Positions 30,601-41,144 of a stretch of DNA of 64,000 nt are shown here, in pieces. The notes below the pieces were generated by a model. It saw nothing but the letters and a program-made list of their open reading frames with translations, was not told the origin of the DNA and did no database searches. Source of the stretch: Candidatus Bathyarchaeota archaeon (GTDB lineage Archaea; Thermoproteota; Bathyarchaeia; Bathyarchaeales; Bathycorpusculaceae); the NCBI GenBank assembly GCA_963720565.1, contig CAVRFW010000008.1, positions 1-64,000 of the forward strand, written 5' to 3'. How positions within the stretch are numbered: the first letter of the stretch is position 1; each line of letters begins with the position of its first letter. The position numbers and the translations under genes were made by a program.

Positions 30601-31674
30601 TTGGCGAAGAAAGGTCCGTTGCTAATGACTTCTTGGAGGGCTACCGGCGCCTGCAACGCCCGTTGCAAGTACTGCAATGTCGATGCAACCGGAGCACATG
30701 CACCGCATGAGTTAAGCACCGAGGAAGCGTTGCACCTAGTGGATGAGGTTCACAGTTTCGGCGTCAAATGGTTCGGCATAAAAGGCGGCGAACCCCTCAT
30801 GCGAAAAGACATATTTGAGATAATTAATCACGCGAAAAGCCTCGGTCTAAACGTGTGTCTGCTAACTAACGGTTGCTTCGTAGACGGAGAAATTTACGAC
30901 AACTTGGTTAAGAACCAAGTTTGGACTTCTGTTAGCATAGACGGACCTGAAGAAATAAATGACCAATTGAGGGGTAAAGGTTCATACAAAAAAGCGTTGT
31001 CAGCCATCCAGAAATTGTCAGAAGGAAAAATCTTAAACGGATTAGCCGCTGCGATAACATCAATAAACTACAAGCATTTAGACCACGTAGCTGAATTAGC
31101 TGAAAAATACCACGCTAATTTTGTCTGGTTTAATCATCTGGTTCCCAGTGGAAGAGCCAAAGAAACGATGGATTTGACTCCGTCCCCAGAGCAATACGAG
31201 TGGGCTCTGAATCATATATGGGACTTAACAAAAAAATACGAAGACAAGTTTGAGATCCACGTGCACTGCCCACACTACGCACGAGTAGTAAAGCAAAGAA
31301 ACCCCAAAAACTTCGAGGAATGGTACGAACATAAATTTCACGGAAAATGCACATACTTCGCCTTTGGGGGATACATAAGCGTAACCGAAAACGGCGACCT
31401 AATCCCATGCTTTTACACAGACCTTACACCTTCAGAACCAATGATGCTAGGAAATGTCAGAGACAAAAGCCTAACCAAAGCATGGGAAGAAATGCAGAAA
31501 TCCAAGCATTACAGTAGCTTCAGAGATAGAAACAACTTGAAGGGGAAATGCGGAGTCTGCGAGTACCGAGAGATCTGCGGCGGATGCAGAAATCGAGCCT
31601 ATGCATACACAGGCGACATCTACGAATCTGACCCAGCATGCCCGTACATACCAGAAAGTCTCCGGAAAGAGTAA
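30601..31674 (+). CDS. Radical SAM/SPASM protein (AhbD/NirJ/PqqE-like)
   Basis: CNARCKYC, GGEPL, SPASM C...GDLIPC...CGVCEYREICGGCRNRAY...DPAC. Confidence 0.9.
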   Translation: MAKKGPLLMTSWRATGACNARCKYCNVDATGAHAPHELSTEEALHLVDEVHSFGVKWFGIKGGEPLMRKDIFEIINHAKSLGLNVCLLTNGCFVDGEIYDNLVKNQVWTSVSIDGPEEINDQLRGKGSYKKALSAIQKLSEGKILNGLAAAITSINYKHLDHVAELAEKYHANFVWFNHLVPSGRAKETMDLTPSPEQYEWALNHIWDLTKKYEDKFEIHVHCPHYARVVKQRNPKNFEEWYEHKFHGKCTYFAFGGYISVTENGDLIPCFYTDLTPSEPMMLGNVRDKSLTKAWEEMQKSKHYSSFRDRNNLKGKCGVCEYREICGGCRNRAYAYTGDIYESDPACPYIPESLRKE

Positions 31675-31823
31675 AAAAAACTTTTGTAGCAGTTAAATTT
31701 CACTTGAAAACAGTGCAATAGGAATTAAGAAGGAAGCAGCAGAAGAGAAGAAATTATTAGTTTTAAGGCGGTTAAAGGCTAGTAGAACGTGTTGGTTTAG
31801 ACTATGTTCTGGTTTGCTGCCGG

Positions 31824-34127
31824 ATGAATATTCAAAGTAGGCATACCGCGGGAGAGAGGAAAAGAGTGAGAGTCAAAGGAATTGTCTGCCTGGTACTAAC
31901 TATTTTGCTCTTAAGTGGAGCAAGTATCTTCTCTGCAACCAGTAAAATCAGCAACAGCATTTCTTCAGAAACTCAGTCTAGTATAGACTGGCCTATGTTT
32001 CACTATAACCTTTGCCACACGGGAAATTCGAACTCAAAAGGACCTGAGATAAATCAAACTTTGTGGAAGTTTAACACAGGTGGCCAAGTTGGATCGCCCG
32101 TCGTCTCTGGAGGTTTAGTTTACGTAGGTTCATATGACCGAAGAGTTTACGCATTCAACGCTTCCGACGGAACGATAAGATGGAATTACGTTACAGAAGG
32201 CATCGTGATTTCTCGCCCCGCTGTAATCGACGGAATTGTTTATGTTGGTTCAGAAGACAACAACCTCTACGCTTTGAATGCGTCTAGCGGCATGCGTATA
32301 TGGAACTACACAACGGGCTACTATGTGGATTCAGACCCGTTTCTCTATGATGGCAAAGTCTACTTTGGGTCAGAAGACGGAAACGTTTACGCCTTAGACG
32401 CTTTGTCGGGAGCTCACCGATGGAACTACGCCACGGGTGGTCCAATAATGCTTTCCTCAACGGTCGTTAGCGATGGCACGGTCTACATCGGTTCATTGGA
32501 CAGCAAAGTCTACGCCTTAAACGCAACAAATGGCAAACACATATGGAACTACACGACCGGGAACGAGGTAGTCTCTTCGCCAACTGTTGTAAAGGGCATA
32601 GTCTACGTGGGTTCATCAGATGGCAAAGTCTACGCCTTAAACGCAACAAATGGCAAACACATATGGAACTACACGACTGGCGATAGCGTGTTTTCTTCTC
32701 CTACCGTGGTTGCCGGTGTTGTTTATGTTGGATCGATTGATAACAGAGTTTACGCCTTAGACGCAACAAACGGTAAACACATATGGAACTACACGACGTC
32801 GGGCAGCGTTTCTTCCTCTCCGGTTGTTGCTAACGGAATTGTTTACATTGGTTCTATGGATAACAAGATTTACGCTTTGGATGCCTTCAACGGCGAGCTC
32901 GTTTGGAATTACGCAACCGGCGATTTCGTGATTTCTTGTGCCTCAGTTGCAGAGGGCATAGTGTACGCAGGTTCTTGGGATGGTAAGCTCTACGCTTTGA
33001 ACGCTTCCACCGGCGATCTTGAGTGGAATTACGCGACGGGCGGAAAAGTGGATTCCTCTCCAGCTGTCGCAGACGGAATAGTATATGTGGGCTCACATAA
33101 CGGTAAAGTGTACGCTCTTAACGCTTCCACCGGCATGATTGGCTTTGACTGGGAGCAACACAACGATGCAATATGGAGTTACACAACTGGAAGCTACATT
33201 CTGTTTTCTTCGCCAGCCGTTGCAGATGGAGTGGTTTATGTAGGCTCATATGACTACAAAGTCTACGCCCTAAACGTAACAACGGGAGCTTACTTGTGGT
33301 CTTATCCGACAGGCCGTCCCGTAGTGTCTTCCCCTGCAGTTGCTGATGGCATCGTTTACGTTGGCTCACAAGACCATAATATTTACGCCCTAAATGGTCT
33401 CAGCGGCGAACTATTGTGGAACTACACGACTGGAGATGTTATCATGGTTTCTTCCCCCGCCGTCGCCTACGGAAGAGTGTACATTGGCTCAAATGACTAC
33501 TATGTTTACGCGCTAAACGCTTCAAACGGAAACCTTGCCTGGAAATTTCCAACAGGAGGCTTTGTAGTTTCCTCGCCTGCCGTGGCGAACGGCTTAGTTT
33601 ATGTGGGATCATATGACCATACATTATATGCTTTGAATGCTTCCAGCGGAACTATGGTCTGGAAATACGCAACAAACGGCGAAATAGCATCTTCGCCAGG
33701 CATAGCCGATGGCGTAGTATATGTTGGCTCAGGAGACGACAACTTGTACGCTTTAGACGCTTCGACGGGCACAGTTGTTTGGAATTACGCAACAAACGGT
33801 GACGTTGCTTCTTCCCCTGCTATAGCAGACGGAATTGTATACGTTGGGTCCTATGATGGCGAGTTTTATGCCTTGAACGCTAGAACTGGCGCGTACTTAT
33901 GGAGTTACGATACTGGCGACATGGTAGTCTCTTCACCAGCCGTAGCCAACGGAACTGTTTATGTCGGTTCATATGACCACTTGATCTACGCGTTTGGTCC
34001 CTCAACCAGTGAACAGGGCAATACGGAACCTTTTCCGTGGACCGTGTTTTCACTGTTCTTAGGGGCGACCGCGTTGTCAGTTGTGCTGCTCGCCATAATA
34101 TTCTACAGAAGAAAACACCAAGAATAG
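31824..34127 (+). CDS. PQQ-type beta-propeller repeat surface protein (16 blades)
   Basis: 16 ~40-aa repeats W.Y.T....SSP.V..G.VYVGS.D..YALNA..G; signal-like N-terminus, C-terminal TM then RRK; many N-x-S/T sequons. Confidence 0.92.
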   Translation: MNIQSRHTAGERKRVRVKGIVCLVLTILLLSGASIFSATSKISNSISSETQSSIDWPMFHYNLCHTGNSNSKGPEINQTLWKFNTGGQVGSPVVSGGLVYVGSYDRRVYAFNASDGTIRWNYVTEGIVISRPAVIDGIVYVGSEDNNLYALNASSGMRIWNYTTGYYVDSDPFLYDGKVYFGSEDGNVYALDALSGAHRWNYATGGPIMLSSTVVSDGTVYIGSLDSKVYALNATNGKHIWNYTTGNEVVSSPTVVKGIVYVGSSDGKVYALNATNGKHIWNYTTGDSVFSSPTVVAGVVYVGSIDNRVYALDATNGKHIWNYTTSGSVSSSPVVANGIVYIGSMDNKIYALDAFNGELVWNYATGDFVISCASVAEGIVYAGSWDGKLYALNASTGDLEWNYATGGKVDSSPAVADGIVYVGSHNGKVYALNASTGMIGFDWEQHNDAIWSYTTGSYILFSSPAVADGVVYVGSYDYKVYALNVTTGAYLWSYPTGRPVVSSPAVADGIVYVGSQDHNIYALNGLSGELLWNYTTGDVIMVSSPAVAYGRVYIGSNDYYVYALNASNGNLAWKFPTGGFVVSSPAVANGLVYVGSYDHTLYALNASSGTMVWKYATNGEIASSPGIADGVVYVGSGDDNLYALDASTGTVVWNYATNGDVASSPAIADGIVYVGSYDGEFYALNARTGAYLWSYDTGDMVVSSPAVANGTVYVGSYDHLIYAFGPSTSEQGNTEPFPWTVFSLFLGATALSVVLLAIIFYRRKHQE

Positions 34128-34365
34128 TCTTAGAGCAATGTTTGCGTGCGGACATCCCGCGGGAAACTTGACGGTTTTTATGGCAAAACTATCGATCTGT
34201 CAAAACAGCCCCCCCAAAAAAACCAAAACATGTCTCGGGCATTGTTCGGTCAAAGCTTATTAGTTCGCAGAAAGTTAAAATTGCCCAGCGATGTTAAACA
34301 AAACCTCGTCAAAACGTAACAGGATAACTAATCTCGCTCTGAAAAATAAAGCCAGCTGATAAACT

Positions 34366-35772
34366 ATGGAAAAACCAAACAAGCCAAAGGTAGCACTTGT
34401 AAACACTCCGCTCATAGAGGGAATTGGTCACCACCCGCTTTTTCCTCCCCTGGGCTTAGCGTACATAGCAGCTGTGCTAGAGAAGAACGAGTTCGAAGTG
34501 AGAATAATTGATTGCCCAGTTTACGGAATAAACCATGATAAACTCAAGTCGGAACTAGCTTCTTTCAATCCCGCAATAGTTGGGGTTGGATCGATGACTC
34601 CGACAATAGAGTCAGCCCTGAAATCTGCCCGAGTAGCCAAGGAAGCATGCCCAGACACAATAGTCGTCATGGGTGGACCGCACGCTACCTTCATGGGTAG
34701 GCAGATTCTTTCCGACGAGCCAGCAGTAGATTTTATTGTTAGGGGTGAAGGGGAGGAAACACTGCTAGAACTGGCTCAAAAGTTACTTGCTAGGCGGTCC
34801 CTCGAGGAAGTCAAAGGCATAGTCTTCAGGAAAGATGGCCAGATTGCGGAGACGCTCGCTAGACCCTTCATTCAGGATCTGGACGCTTTGCCTCGTCCCG
34901 CTTACCACCTTCTGCCAATTGACATGTATCGCATTCATGGTCGAAAGCTACTCCCAATAATGAGCAGCAGGGGATGCCCTTTTCAATGCTCTTTCTGCGT
35001 TGCAAGCCAGATGTTTGGAGCTGGATTCAGGGGAAGAAGCCCAGAGAACGTGCTTGACGAGCTTGAGTGGTTGAGAGACGAGTACGGAGCCGAGGCAGTG
35101 ACTTTTCAAGATGACACCTTAACATTTAGCAGGCAAAGGATACTTGACATTTGTGATGGAATTTTAGAGAGGGACCTGAAGCTTGCCTGGGGTTGTGGAA
35201 CCAGAGCCGACGTCGTTACCAAAGAAGTCTTGGCCAAGATGAGAAAGGCACACTGCAACGAGGTGTGTTTCGGCGTAGAATCTGGCTGTCAAAGAATCCG
35301 CGACGCCCTTAAGAAGAAAGTCACAACTGAACAGTGCGAAAACGCAATCAAATGGGCAAAAGAAGCAGGCATATTCGTGACCGTTTCCGTGATTCTGGGA
35401 TATCCTGGAGAAACAAAAGAAACATTGGAGCAGACTCTTGATTTCGTCCGCAAGGTAGAACCTGATGATGTCTACTTATGTCACGCTACTCCCTATCCCG
35501 GAACAGAATTACGTGCCTTAGTGGAGAGAAACGGGTGGAAAATGGTTGAAGACTGGACTCTCTACAACACTATGAATCCTATCTTTGAAGACCCACTTTT
35601 GCCTGCGGAGGAGATTACGAAAATGAGAAAGGCTTTCTACAACAAGTTCTATTCTCCACAGTATGTCCTCCGCCAATTCGTAAAAGGTTACATTAAGGGT
35701 AATTTGTACAGTAAAATTATGGCGCGAACCTCTGCGAATTACTTGCTCTGGCGACTCAAATCCGGGGAATAA
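34366..35772 (+). CDS. Cobalamin-binding radical SAM enzyme
   Basis: PPLGLAYIAA, MGGPHAT, RGEGE, SSRGCPFQCSFC, FGVESG. Confidence 0.93.
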   Translation: MEKPNKPKVALVNTPLIEGIGHHPLFPPLGLAYIAAVLEKNEFEVRIIDCPVYGINHDKLKSELASFNPAIVGVGSMTPTIESALKSARVAKEACPDTIVVMGGPHATFMGRQILSDEPAVDFIVRGEGEETLLELAQKLLARRSLEEVKGIVFRKDGQIAETLARPFIQDLDALPRPAYHLLPIDMYRIHGRKLLPIMSSRGCPFQCSFCVASQMFGAGFRGRSPENVLDELEWLRDEYGAEAVTFQDDTLTFSRQRILDICDGILERDLKLAWGCGTRADVVTKEVLAKMRKAHCNEVCFGVESGCQRIRDALKKKVTTEQCENAIKWAKEAGIFVTVSVILGYPGETKETLEQTLDFVRKVEPDDVYLCHATPYPGTELRALVERNGWKMVEDWTLYNTMNPIFEDPLLPAEEITKMRKAFYNKFYSPQYVLRQFVKGYIKGNLYSKIMARTSANYLLWRLKSGE

Positions 35773-35924
35773 ACTTCGACATTTACGTCCGCAGCCCAGA
35801 AAATTTTCCGACCGAAAAAAAGGTAACCTCAACATCCAATCGAAAGAGCGAAAGAAAACGGGATCTGACGGAAACTTTATTACGTTATCGAACGGTTTCT
35901 AAACCTGCAAACTGAGGAAAGATA

Positions 35925-37226
35925 ATGGAAAAAGGTGTTCCTGAGGCAATCAAACCCGATGCTTACGATTCAAGGTCAAACTGGCCGCCGTACACATACC
36001 GCGATTACCCAGACATCAACCTTGAAACCTACGAGGCATTTATGGAATTTCTGACGACGGAAAACACATCGAAAAGACTGATGGAGTTACAACCGTGGAT
36101 ATCAATATGCGACTCCAGATGCGCTTTCTGCTATTTCCCGACCACAGCCACCACAAAAATACGGATAGAACCATACCTTGACACCTTGAAGAAAGAACTC
36201 GAAATGTACGCTAAAACAAAATACGTTAAAACGAGTGTTTTCGACGAAATCGTGCTCGGAGGAGGAACCCCCAGCGTGCTCGCCGCTGAGCAGATGATTG
36301 ACCTTATAGAATTCTGCAAAGCACGATTCAACATTAACGACGAGTACTTCATCAAAGTCACAGGCTCATCGAAGACACTAGCACTTGAGAAAATCAACAA
36401 ACTTGCCGCCTACGGCGTCTACCAGATGGACATGGGCGCACAAACCTTCGATGATAAACTTAGAAAGACAATGTGTTTACCTGACTCAACTGCCAGCGTT
36501 GAAAAAGCTATACGCCACGCCAAGAAACTGGGCTTATGCGTATGCGTGGACCTCATGTACAATCTTCCAGGCCAAACCATGCAAAGTTGGATAGACACAT
36601 TGAAGAAAGCCGTCGAATTGGATGTTGAGATCGACGCTTATTCATTGCATGTTGATCCGGGCACACCGCTTGAGAAAATGATCGAGAAAGGAGTGTCGCC
36701 TCCGCAGGGAGATGCTGAATACGAGAAGCAAATGTACCTTGCGGCATATAATCTATTGACTGAAGCAGGATACAAGGCCGTGGGACACGACCGTTACAGT
36801 CGAGTAGAATGGCACATGAGAGAAAACTGCCTGAACGGTTGGCCATGGGGGGGAATACTCACCACCGGAGCAGGCTGCTTCATGGGATACCTACAAAGAT
36901 TTTCGTATTCTAACTTAGAAGACATAAATCAGTACATGGAAACCGTCAAAACTGGAAAACTACCCATCAACAGACTATCAGAATCCACAGACGACGAGAT
37001 GATGCGAAGGGAAATGAGCAGGCTGTACTTGCGGCTGCCAGTAAGCAAGCAGGAGTTCATGGAGAAATTCGGGAGAATACCTGAGGAGGTTTTCCCGCAA
37101 CAACTTCAAAAACTAAAAGAGAAAGGCCTCATAGAAATTGACGACAAAGAAGTCAGGATAACAAAACTGGGCGAAGTCTGGAAAGGCAATATTGCCTGGG
37201 AGTTTGCGGAAAAGAACACGAACTGA
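35925..37226 (+). CDS. HemN-like (class C) radical SAM enzyme
   Basis: PWISICDSRCAFCYF, GGGTPS, MGAQTFD, DLMYNLPGQT, HemN-like C-terminus. Confidence 0.9.
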   Translation: MEKGVPEAIKPDAYDSRSNWPPYTYRDYPDINLETYEAFMEFLTTENTSKRLMELQPWISICDSRCAFCYFPTTATTKIRIEPYLDTLKKELEMYAKTKYVKTSVFDEIVLGGGTPSVLAAEQMIDLIEFCKARFNINDEYFIKVTGSSKTLALEKINKLAAYGVYQMDMGAQTFDDKLRKTMCLPDSTASVEKAIRHAKKLGLCVCVDLMYNLPGQTMQSWIDTLKKAVELDVEIDAYSLHVDPGTPLEKMIEKGVSPPQGDAEYEKQMYLAAYNLLTEAGYKAVGHDRYSRVEWHMRENCLNGWPWGGILTTGAGCFMGYLQRFSYSNLEDINQYMETVKTGKLPINRLSESTDDEMMRREMSRLYLRLPVSKQEFMEKFGRIPEEVFPQQLQKLKEKGLIEIDDKEVRITKLGEVWKGNIAWEFAEKNTN

Positions 37227-37385
37227 CAAATGCTGAATTTCGCATTCTGCCACGCTTTTCCGTTCAAAAGAACAAGAACAATCAGATTCATGATTTAACT
37301 GGTCTCTAAAAGATTAGTTCTGATGTTCAATGAAGTTTAGAAGCTGATTGATTTCTAAAAAAACTAAAAAAAGGGTAAGGTGATT

Positions 37386-38018
37386 TTAAGAGTGTCCGCC
37401 GCCGAGTCCGTACCAAGTGAAGACTTTAGCAATGACAGGTATTAGAATTCCAAGAATTACTTGTGGGAGCATCGTCAAGAAGAACGAGTATGCTGGATCT
37501 GCAGTAGCCATGTTTCGGCTTACTTCAATTGCCAACGCAATGTTAACCATGAACATAATTAGACCAGTGGCTATTGACGCGGTTAGACCTGCTCCTAGCA
37601 TTCGCTTGAGTTTGGTAGACTTGTTGTTCAAAGCGCCACCAACGTAGCCCATCAATATTCCAGTCACTATGTACACGATCAAGCTTGCATCTGCATAGAA
37701 GTTCACTGTCATTCCATATTGAAGGTAGGTGACAGTAGAGTAGCCAGCCATGCCAAGGTAGTAGAGTGTTCCCATTATGAAACCGGCAGCACCGCCTGCC
37801 CATTTGTTCCAAATCAAGCCCAAAAGCAAAGGAACACCGAAAAGAATCATTTGCGCGAAGCCGAATGTGAGTATGTGGGGTATTGGCGAGTCCATTGGCA
37901 AGTTAGTCACAAGAAAGCCTCGAATTACCGTTGCAAAAGCGACGATCACTAGACCAATAATTATTGGGAGAACAGCACCGTAGAGTATGTCAGACATTTT
38001 GAATTTTTCTGTTTCCAT
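37386..38018 (-). CDS. Polytopic membrane protein, possibly ECF S-component-like
   Basis: About 6 TM; LLGLIWNKWAGGAAGFIMG Gly-rich helix packing. Confidence 0.55.
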   Translation of the reverse strand: METEKFKMSDILYGAVLPIIIGLVIVAFATVIRGFLVTNLPMDSPIPHILTFGFAQMILFGVPLLLGLIWNKWAGGAAGFIMGTLYYLGMAGYSTVTYLQYGMTVNFYADASLIVYIVTGILMGYVGGALNNKSTKLKRMLGAGLTASIATGLIMFMVNIALAIEVSRNMATADPAYSFFLTMLPQVILGILIPVIAKVFTWYGLGGGHS

Positions 38019-38332
38019 CGATTTTCACCGTTTTCATATTACGCTTGCACATGTTAATAAATTTAATCCCCATATTCGAAAGCTCATTTCAGTTACACAA
38101 AATAACGCAACACTATTAGCAAGTATTGATTGCAGGCTATCCGTCGAGAGAATCGAATATGGAGGAAAGCAAATTTTCCATGCCTTCGTTTTATCTTGAA
38201 AAACAATATGACCGAATGCATACTAAGGATGCGCCCCTGAGGCCTCCCACTCAGACAATTCAGTCAGAAAGCACAGAATAATCGATACAAATAAATTTTT
38301 CACCACACTCAGAAATGTAGCTATCTCCAAAG

Positions 38333-39319
38333 GTGAAATGTATCCTAACCGCGCTGATGTCTTTTGCAGTTCTGGTCTTAGCCATTGCATTAGATGTTGT
38401 TCTTGGTGACCCTTCTCCAAACTATCCTGAAAAACTCGGTTTCAAACTGCACCCGACCGTGCTAATGGGCAGATTCACCAAAGCCCTTGAGCCCCACTTG
38501 AAAAGCGCAAACCCTAAGACAGCAAAAATAAAAGGTGCAATTTTAGCCTTGACGGTGATACTTGTCTTCACGGTTCCCGTTTTTCTCTGTTTGTGGGCTC
38601 TCTACGTATTCGCAGGCGTCTTCATTTATGCCTTGTTTGCCATCATCCTCTTGAAGTTTACCATATGCATAAAGCTTGAAACTGACTGGGCGAAAGCTGC
38701 TGCTAAAGCCATTCAACAGAATGACCTGGCTGAAGCAAGAAAGTACGGGCACTTCAGCCGAAGAGACAACAAAGACTTGACTGGCGCACAAATCAGTTCT
38801 GCAGTCATTGAATCCATGGCCGAAAACCTAATAGATTTCAAGCTAAGCCCCATTCTCAGTTACGCGTTTCTGGGGGTTACGGGCGCGTTTGCTTTCAGAG
38901 CTATCAACACGCTCGATGGCATGGTTGGCTTCAAAGACAGTGAGCACATTAACACTGGTTGGTTTAGCGCAAACCTAGACCACATAGTTAACTTCGTGCC
39001 TTCCCGCTTAACAGGCATCTTGATTGTTGCTGCCGCAGCGGTTCTAGGTGAAGACTACAAGAATGCCTGGGTGATTGCACGCCGTGACCATTCGAAAACC
39101 CAGAGTAGGAACCATGGTTGGCCTATGGCAGCTATGGCTGGAGCCTTGCGTGTCCAGTTGGAAAAACCAGGGCGGTATGTTCTTGGAGACCAGACTGATT
39201 TGCTTTCTTCTGACAAAATACTGCTCGCACTGAGAATCCGAAACGGTGCAATAATTCTCTGCATACTGCTAAGCCTGCCCATAATCTTGCTTACGCGATG
39301 GTGCTTCTTCCCTTTCTAG
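38333..39319 (+). CDS. cbiB: Adenosylcobinamide-phosphate synthase CbiB/CobD
   Basis: DVVLGDP, HPTVLMG, IESMAEN, RAINTLDGMVG, NFVPSRL, NHGWPMAAMAGAL. Confidence 0.93.
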   Translation: MKCILTALMSFAVLVLAIALDVVLGDPSPNYPEKLGFKLHPTVLMGRFTKALEPHLKSANPKTAKIKGAILALTVILVFTVPVFLCLWALYVFAGVFIYALFAIILLKFTICIKLETDWAKAAAKAIQQNDLAEARKYGHFSRRDNKDLTGAQISSAVIESMAENLIDFKLSPILSYAFLGVTGAFAFRAINTLDGMVGFKDSEHINTGWFSANLDHIVNFVPSRLTGILIVAAAAVLGEDYKNAWVIARRDHSKTQSRNHGWPMAAMAGALRVQLEKPGRYVLGDQTDLLSSDKILLALRIRNGAIILCILLSLPIILLTRWCFFPF

Positions 39320-39482
39320 ACAAGGCACTCGCTTTTAACGCCATAAAAGAAGAGAGTGCAAGAAGTATTTTGAAGCTGTTTTTCTCATTGATTTCGGTTT
39401 TCGCATTCTGTGTTTGGGCTACGAAACATTTAAGCCTCGAACGTTTGTGTATTTGTGGAATAATTAACATAAGTGACGAAGA

Positions 39483-40877
39483 ATGAAGCCGCATGTGACT
39501 CTAGTTAATCCAGCTGCTCCGAGCGGAGCTACAATGCATTTGCCTTTCGCGTTGCTGGGTTTGGGGTATCTGGCGGCGGTTTTGGAGAAGAATCAGTACA
39601 ATGTTGATGTGATTGACTGTCAGGTTCTCAAACTTTCAATGGAAGAATTCCGAACCGAGATAGGCAAACGGCAACCCGACATAGTCGGATTTACTTCGAC
39701 GACGCTCACCTACCAGTCTGCGATAAAGCTAACAAAGATAGCCAAAGAAGCCTGCCCAAATTGTGTGACAGCTTTGGGTGGACCTCATGTTACTTTCTGG
39801 GACGACAAAGCCTTAGATGAATGTCCAGAATTGGATATTGTCGTGAGGCGAGAGGGCGAAAACACGTTTTTGGAGATAGTTCAGAGAATAGAAGCCGGAA
39901 AGAGCTATCATGATGTGGTAGGCACAACTTGCAGAAAAAATGGTAAGATTGTAAGGAATCCGGATAGACCATACATAGAGAATTTGGATGAGCTTCCGTT
40001 CCCTGCGCGGCACCTCTGGCCTTTGGAGAGACTGAGAGAGTATGAGGATATTCTCTACTTGGCGATGAGCAGAGGCTGCGTCTTTTGGTGTGAATTCTGT
40101 GCGACAGTCAGAATGCATGGACGAAAATACCGCATGAGAAGCGCAAAAAACGTGGCGGACGAGTTAGAGTACCTTCACAAGACGTTCAACGTAGACAAGT
40201 TTACGTTTTGCGACGACGCATTCACCGTTGACCAAGCTAGAACTGAAGAATTGTGCAGGGAGATCATGAAAAGGGGATTGAAGATTCAGTGGAACTGCGG
40301 AACTCGAGTGGACATGATTACAAAGGAACTGCTTCTTAAGATGAAGGAGGCAGGTTGCATCTCCGTTTGGTTTGGGGTCGAATCAGGAACCCAGCAGGTT
40401 CTTGATTCCATGCACAAAGGAATTTCAACTGAACAAACGATTAGAAGCCTTGCGCTGGTTAGAGAGGCAGGGCTGAAACCGGTTCCGAACGTGATTCTCG
40501 GCTTCCCCGGAGAGACTAAGGAAACCGCCTGGAAAACCATAAAGTTTGTAGAGAAAATAAGCCCAGATGACGTGGGTTTTTATAATGTTGCAACGCCTTT
40601 TCCAGGAACACCACTGTACGATTTAGTCAAAGAGAAAGGGTGGCTGAAAGTAACTGACTTCGACAAATATGACACCACGACACCCATTTTTGAAACTCCC
40701 TGGCTCAGCATGAGCGAACTTGGAAAACTGCGAGAGGCAGCCTTTCACCATTTCTACCTGCGACCGGGCTATTTTGTCAATAATTTTCGAAAGCGCAGTT
40801 TCTGGACACTCTCAACAGCCCTCACGATTCTAGCCCATCTAAAAGGTTCATTACAACTAAAACTAAGACCTAACTAG
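39483..40877 (+). CDS. Cobalamin-binding radical SAM enzyme
   Basis: LGLGYLAA, GGPHVT, REGE, MSRGCVFWCEFC, FGVESG; paralog of 34366-35772. Confidence 0.93.
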   Translation: MKPHVTLVNPAAPSGATMHLPFALLGLGYLAAVLEKNQYNVDVIDCQVLKLSMEEFRTEIGKRQPDIVGFTSTTLTYQSAIKLTKIAKEACPNCVTALGGPHVTFWDDKALDECPELDIVVRREGENTFLEIVQRIEAGKSYHDVVGTTCRKNGKIVRNPDRPYIENLDELPFPARHLWPLERLREYEDILYLAMSRGCVFWCEFCATVRMHGRKYRMRSAKNVADELEYLHKTFNVDKFTFCDDAFTVDQARTEELCREIMKRGLKIQWNCGTRVDMITKELLLKMKEAGCISVWFGVESGTQQVLDSMHKGISTEQTIRSLALVREAGLKPVPNVILGFPGETKETAWKTIKFVEKISPDDVGFYNVATPFPGTPLYDLVKEKGWLKVTDFDKYDTTTPIFETPWLSMSELGKLREAAFHHFYLRPGYFVNNFRKRSFWTLSTALTILAHLKGSLQLKLRPN

Positions 40878-41144
40878 CCACACGGCAGATAGAAAAGACG
40901 CGTGGTTTTCTAAACCAAAGTTGACGACGAAAAGAGAGCACTTTTTTCAAAATAGTCTCTTTCAAAAATATGATCTGCCTTCAACTCCGCTTTGAAAACT
41001 GTTAGCACAGCCAAAACACTGCAAACAAACGTGAATCTGCTTCCAAGGGAACTATCTTTGAATGTATGTTAAATGCAGATTCGCTTGAGAAAATCTTATA
41101 AAACCCCCCAGACTAGATTGAAACCAGATTAAATCGAGGAGAAA

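Noticed and set aside
32380..33990. Periodic DNA repeats as a CRISPR array
   Set aside because: The 120-nt in-frame period encodes propeller blades; no cas genes or unique spacers.
27562..34127. PQQ biosynthesis locus (SPASM enzyme as PqqE beside PQQ-repeat proteins)
   Set aside because: No pqqA/B/C/D seen; the propellers look like anchored surface proteins and the SPASM protein is closer in motif style to AhbD/NirJ.
34138..34263. 41-aa Cys-containing ORF (MFACGHPAG...) as a RiPP precursor for the rSAM cluster
   Set aside because: No RBS or leader/core pattern, runs through C/A homopolymers and overlaps the likely promoter of the next gene; no convincing precursor was found in any gap.
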